Part shown: positions 61,749-64,000 of the stretch, piece by piece
Position numbering within the stretch: the first letter of the stretch is position 1
Layout: each line of letters starts with the position of its first letter
Assembly: GCA_963777955.1 (NCBI GenBank)
Contig: CAVZSQ010000017.1
Location: 64,001-128,000, forward strand
Reading direction: 5' to 3'
DNA from: Calditrichia bacterium
GTDB taxonomy: Bacteria > Calditrichota > Calditrichia > JAJRVZ01
DNA length: 64,000 nt
Notes under the pieces: generated by a model
What the model was told of the DNA's origin: nothing
The model's database searches: none
Seen by the model: only the letters and a program-made list of their open reading frames with translations
Made by a program: the position numbers and the translations under genes

Positions 61749-63425
61749 ATGAAGCGAAACAATATTACCCTGATCGCCCTGCTGCTGACCCTGCTCATGC
61801 TGAACACCGGTCTCAACCAGGTCCGGGCTGATGAAAATGAGTATTATATCAAAGTCCGCAAGGGGCTTACTTATTTTCAGAAAGTATACGAACGGGTGCA
61901 GGCCAATTATGTCGAAGAGATCGATCCCTATGCTTTTGTCAAAACCGGCATCGAAGGCATGCTGCAGGCCCTTGATCCTTACACGGTTTTTATCGAAGAA
62001 GACGAAGATGTCCGTTTAAAAATTCTAACCACCGGCAAGTATGGCGGGATCGGGATGGAAATAGGGATCCACAATAATAATATTACAATAATCAGTCCCC
62101 TGGATAATTCTCCCGCCCAGAAAGCGGGCATTCAGGCCGGAGATATAATTACTAAAATTAATAATGAGCCGGTACAGAATTCCACCACGGAAAGGATATC
62201 GAAACTATTACGCGGTCCGATCGGTACCACTGTGCAAATCACTATTCTGCGCCCGGGCTATGAAAACGAAATCACCCTGATCATTAAACGTGATGAAATT
62301 ATCATCGATGATGTAACCTATGCCGATTTTGTAAAACCAGGAGTCGCCTATGTACGGCTGACCAGTTTTACGGAAAAAGCGGCTTTTGAATTGGTCTCGG
62401 CCATCAAAGTATTGCAGCAGAAGGGGGTGATCACCTCATTTATACTTGACCTGCGCGGAAATTCGGGCGGATTACTGGAAGCCGCTGTTGATGTCGCCGG
62501 TATTTTCCTGCCCAAGGGTACCCTGGTAGTCACTACCAAAGGATTCCGCGATGGTAAAAATGAATTTTCGACCAAACATGATGCTGTCTTACCGGACGTA
62601 CCGATGGTAGTCATGGTTAATGAAGGTAGTGCCAGTGCCGCTGAAATTGTAGCGGGATGTTTACAGGATCTTGACCGTGCTATTATTATCGGCACCCGTA
62701 CTTTCGGCAAAGGCCTGGTGCAGCGCGTATACAATATTGATAAAAACAGCAGTACCAAGATAAAAATTACTACCGCAAAATACTATATCCCCAGCGGGCG
62801 CTGCGTTCAAAAACAGGACTATACAAAAGACAGTATGGTTTTCGTTACCAGTGCGGCCACTGACAGCACCACCCTCAATAAAAATATCCCTTTCTATACC
62901 AGCAATAAACGCATGGTTTATGAAGACGGGGGTATCACCCCCGACCGCTATATTGAAGACAGTACGGTCGATTACCTGATTACCGAACTGTGGCGCCAGA
63001 GTCAGACCTTTAATTTCACCGTTCAATATCAAAAAACCCACCCGGAACTAAAAAATAATTTCCAGGTTGATGATAAAGTGTTCGATCAGTTCATGTCCTA
63101 TCTCGATGATCATAAATTCACCTACCAGATTGAGGGTGAAAACGAACTGAAAAAATTCATAACCATTTCGCAACAAAATAATTTTTCAAAAGATATTGTC
63201 CAGCAAACCGAGGCCTTAATTGCAAAACTGAATTCTTTAAAAAGAACGAATCTGCAGAATCATCGCCTGGAGATAACCCGCATGCTGCTCGATGAACTGG
63301 CAGAAAAGTATTTTGGTACCAATGAAAAAATACGCTATACCCTGGTGAACGATCAGCAACTGCCTAGCGCCATTGACATCGTACTGAATAATTCAGAATA
63401 CAAAAAGATATTAGCCATTAAATGA
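61749..63425 (+). CDS. S41 carboxy-terminal processing protease
   Basis: LDPYT, PDZ domain, DLRGNSGG, SASAAEIVAG, TFGKG and TAKYY motifs. Confidence 0.92.
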   Translation: MKRNNITLIALLLTLLMLNTGLNQVRADENEYYIKVRKGLTYFQKVYERVQANYVEEIDPYAFVKTGIEGMLQALDPYTVFIEEDEDVRLKILTTGKYGGIGMEIGIHNNNITIISPLDNSPAQKAGIQAGDIITKINNEPVQNSTTERISKLLRGPIGTTVQITILRPGYENEITLIIKRDEIIIDDVTYADFVKPGVAYVRLTSFTEKAAFELVSAIKVLQQKGVITSFILDLRGNSGGLLEAAVDVAGIFLPKGTLVVTTKGFRDGKNEFSTKHDAVLPDVPMVVMVNEGSASAAEIVAGCLQDLDRAIIIGTRTFGKGLVQRVYNIDKNSSTKIKITTAKYYIPSGRCVQKQDYTKDSMVFVTSAATDSTTLNKNIPFYTSNKRMVYEDGGITPDRYIEDSTVDYLITELWRQSQTFNFTVQYQKTHPELKNNFQVDDKVFDQFMSYLDDHKFTYQIEGENELKKFITISQQNNFSKDIVQQTEALIAKLNSLKRTNLQNHRLEITRMLLDELAEKYFGTNEKIRYTLVNDQQLPSAIDIVLNNSEYKKILAIK

Positions 63426-64000
63426 CCAAATCTATAAAGCTTTCCGACCAGACCCGCGACCTTTTTAAACGCCTCAATCAGGTTGGCCGGGAGAATCAAC
63501 TGAAAATATACCTGGTGGGAGGATACCTGCGTGATTTGTTGCTGGGTCAGGAAGGTAAAGATATAGATTTTGTCGTGCTGGGGGATGCGATTACCTTCGC
63601 TGAAAATTTTCGCAGGAAAAATTTAACTACCGAACTGGTGGTATATCCTAAATTCGGAACCTGCATGCTGCAGCTCGATGCATATAAACTGGAGTTTGTC
63701 TCAGCCAGAGCAGAACAGTACAGCAATAATTCGAGAAAACCACAGGTATATCCGGCGGATTTAAATGCCGATCTGAGCCGGCGTGATTTCACCATCAATA
63801 CCATGGCTGTAGATCTGGCCGACGAATCTTTCAACCAGATCATCGATCCGTTTCAGGGCAAACAGGATCTGAAAAAAGGAATTATACGTACCCCCCTGCA
63901 GCCGCAACAGACATTTAATGACGACCCGTTGCGCATGATGCGGGCCATCCGCTTCGCCACACAATTGTCATTCACCATAGAATCCGATACGCTGCAGGGA
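63422..64000 (+). CDS. CCA tRNA nucleotidyltransferase/poly(A) polymerase family (runs off window end)
   Basis: Manual translation: YLVGGYLRD..DIDF..DLSRRDFTIN..DDPLRMMRAIRF. Confidence 0.9.
   Translation, partial: MTKSIKLSDQTRDLFKRLNQVGRENQLKIYLVGGYLRDLLLGQEGKDIDFVVLGDAITFAENFRRKNLTTELVVYPKFGTCMLQLDAYKLEFVSARAEQYSNNSRKPQVYPADLNADLSRRDFTINTMAVDLADESFNQIIDPFQGKQDLKKGIIRTPLQPQQTFNDDPLRMMRAIRFATQLSFTIESDTLQG

Overview
Bacterial chromosomal window. The C-terminal secretion-type domains (QNYPNPFNP) and the gene set suggest an FCB-group or Calditrichota-like organism; this is inference only. Housekeeping and envelope genes occupy 1-40.8 kb and 52.7-64 kb: AmgK/MurU-like recycling pair, ABC exporter, lpxH-like, class II RNR nrdJ, PBP1A, EnvC-like, glycosylation genes, TonB receptor, deoC, a large LVIVD plus 11x cadherin-like surface protein, GH5, ALDH, nadE, rsmI, tmk, S41 protease and a CCA enzyme. 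Many otherwise normal genes carry single frameshifts, most likely long-read indel errors. The accessory region (~41.17-52.57 kb) is an AT-rich, co-oriented integron-type cassette array with about 19 attC-like sites and no integrase in the window (CALIN-like). It holds lipoprotein and membrane ORFs, YkgJ, cupin, SnoaL and two toxin-antitoxin pairs. Its most unusual feature is a ~105-nt non-coding three-hairpin element present in 5 near-complete copies plus one fragment. The element shows compensatory base changes, always lies directly upstream of an attC left end, and forms complete gene-less cassettes three times. Two visibly GC-rich foreign genes are fused directly to such elements. Many attC sites have GAT/ATC instead of GTT/AAC cores or carry swapped arms. 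There is also a possible 55-bp micro-cassette and a REP-like gene-less cassette. All calls come from reading the sequence; no searches were run.
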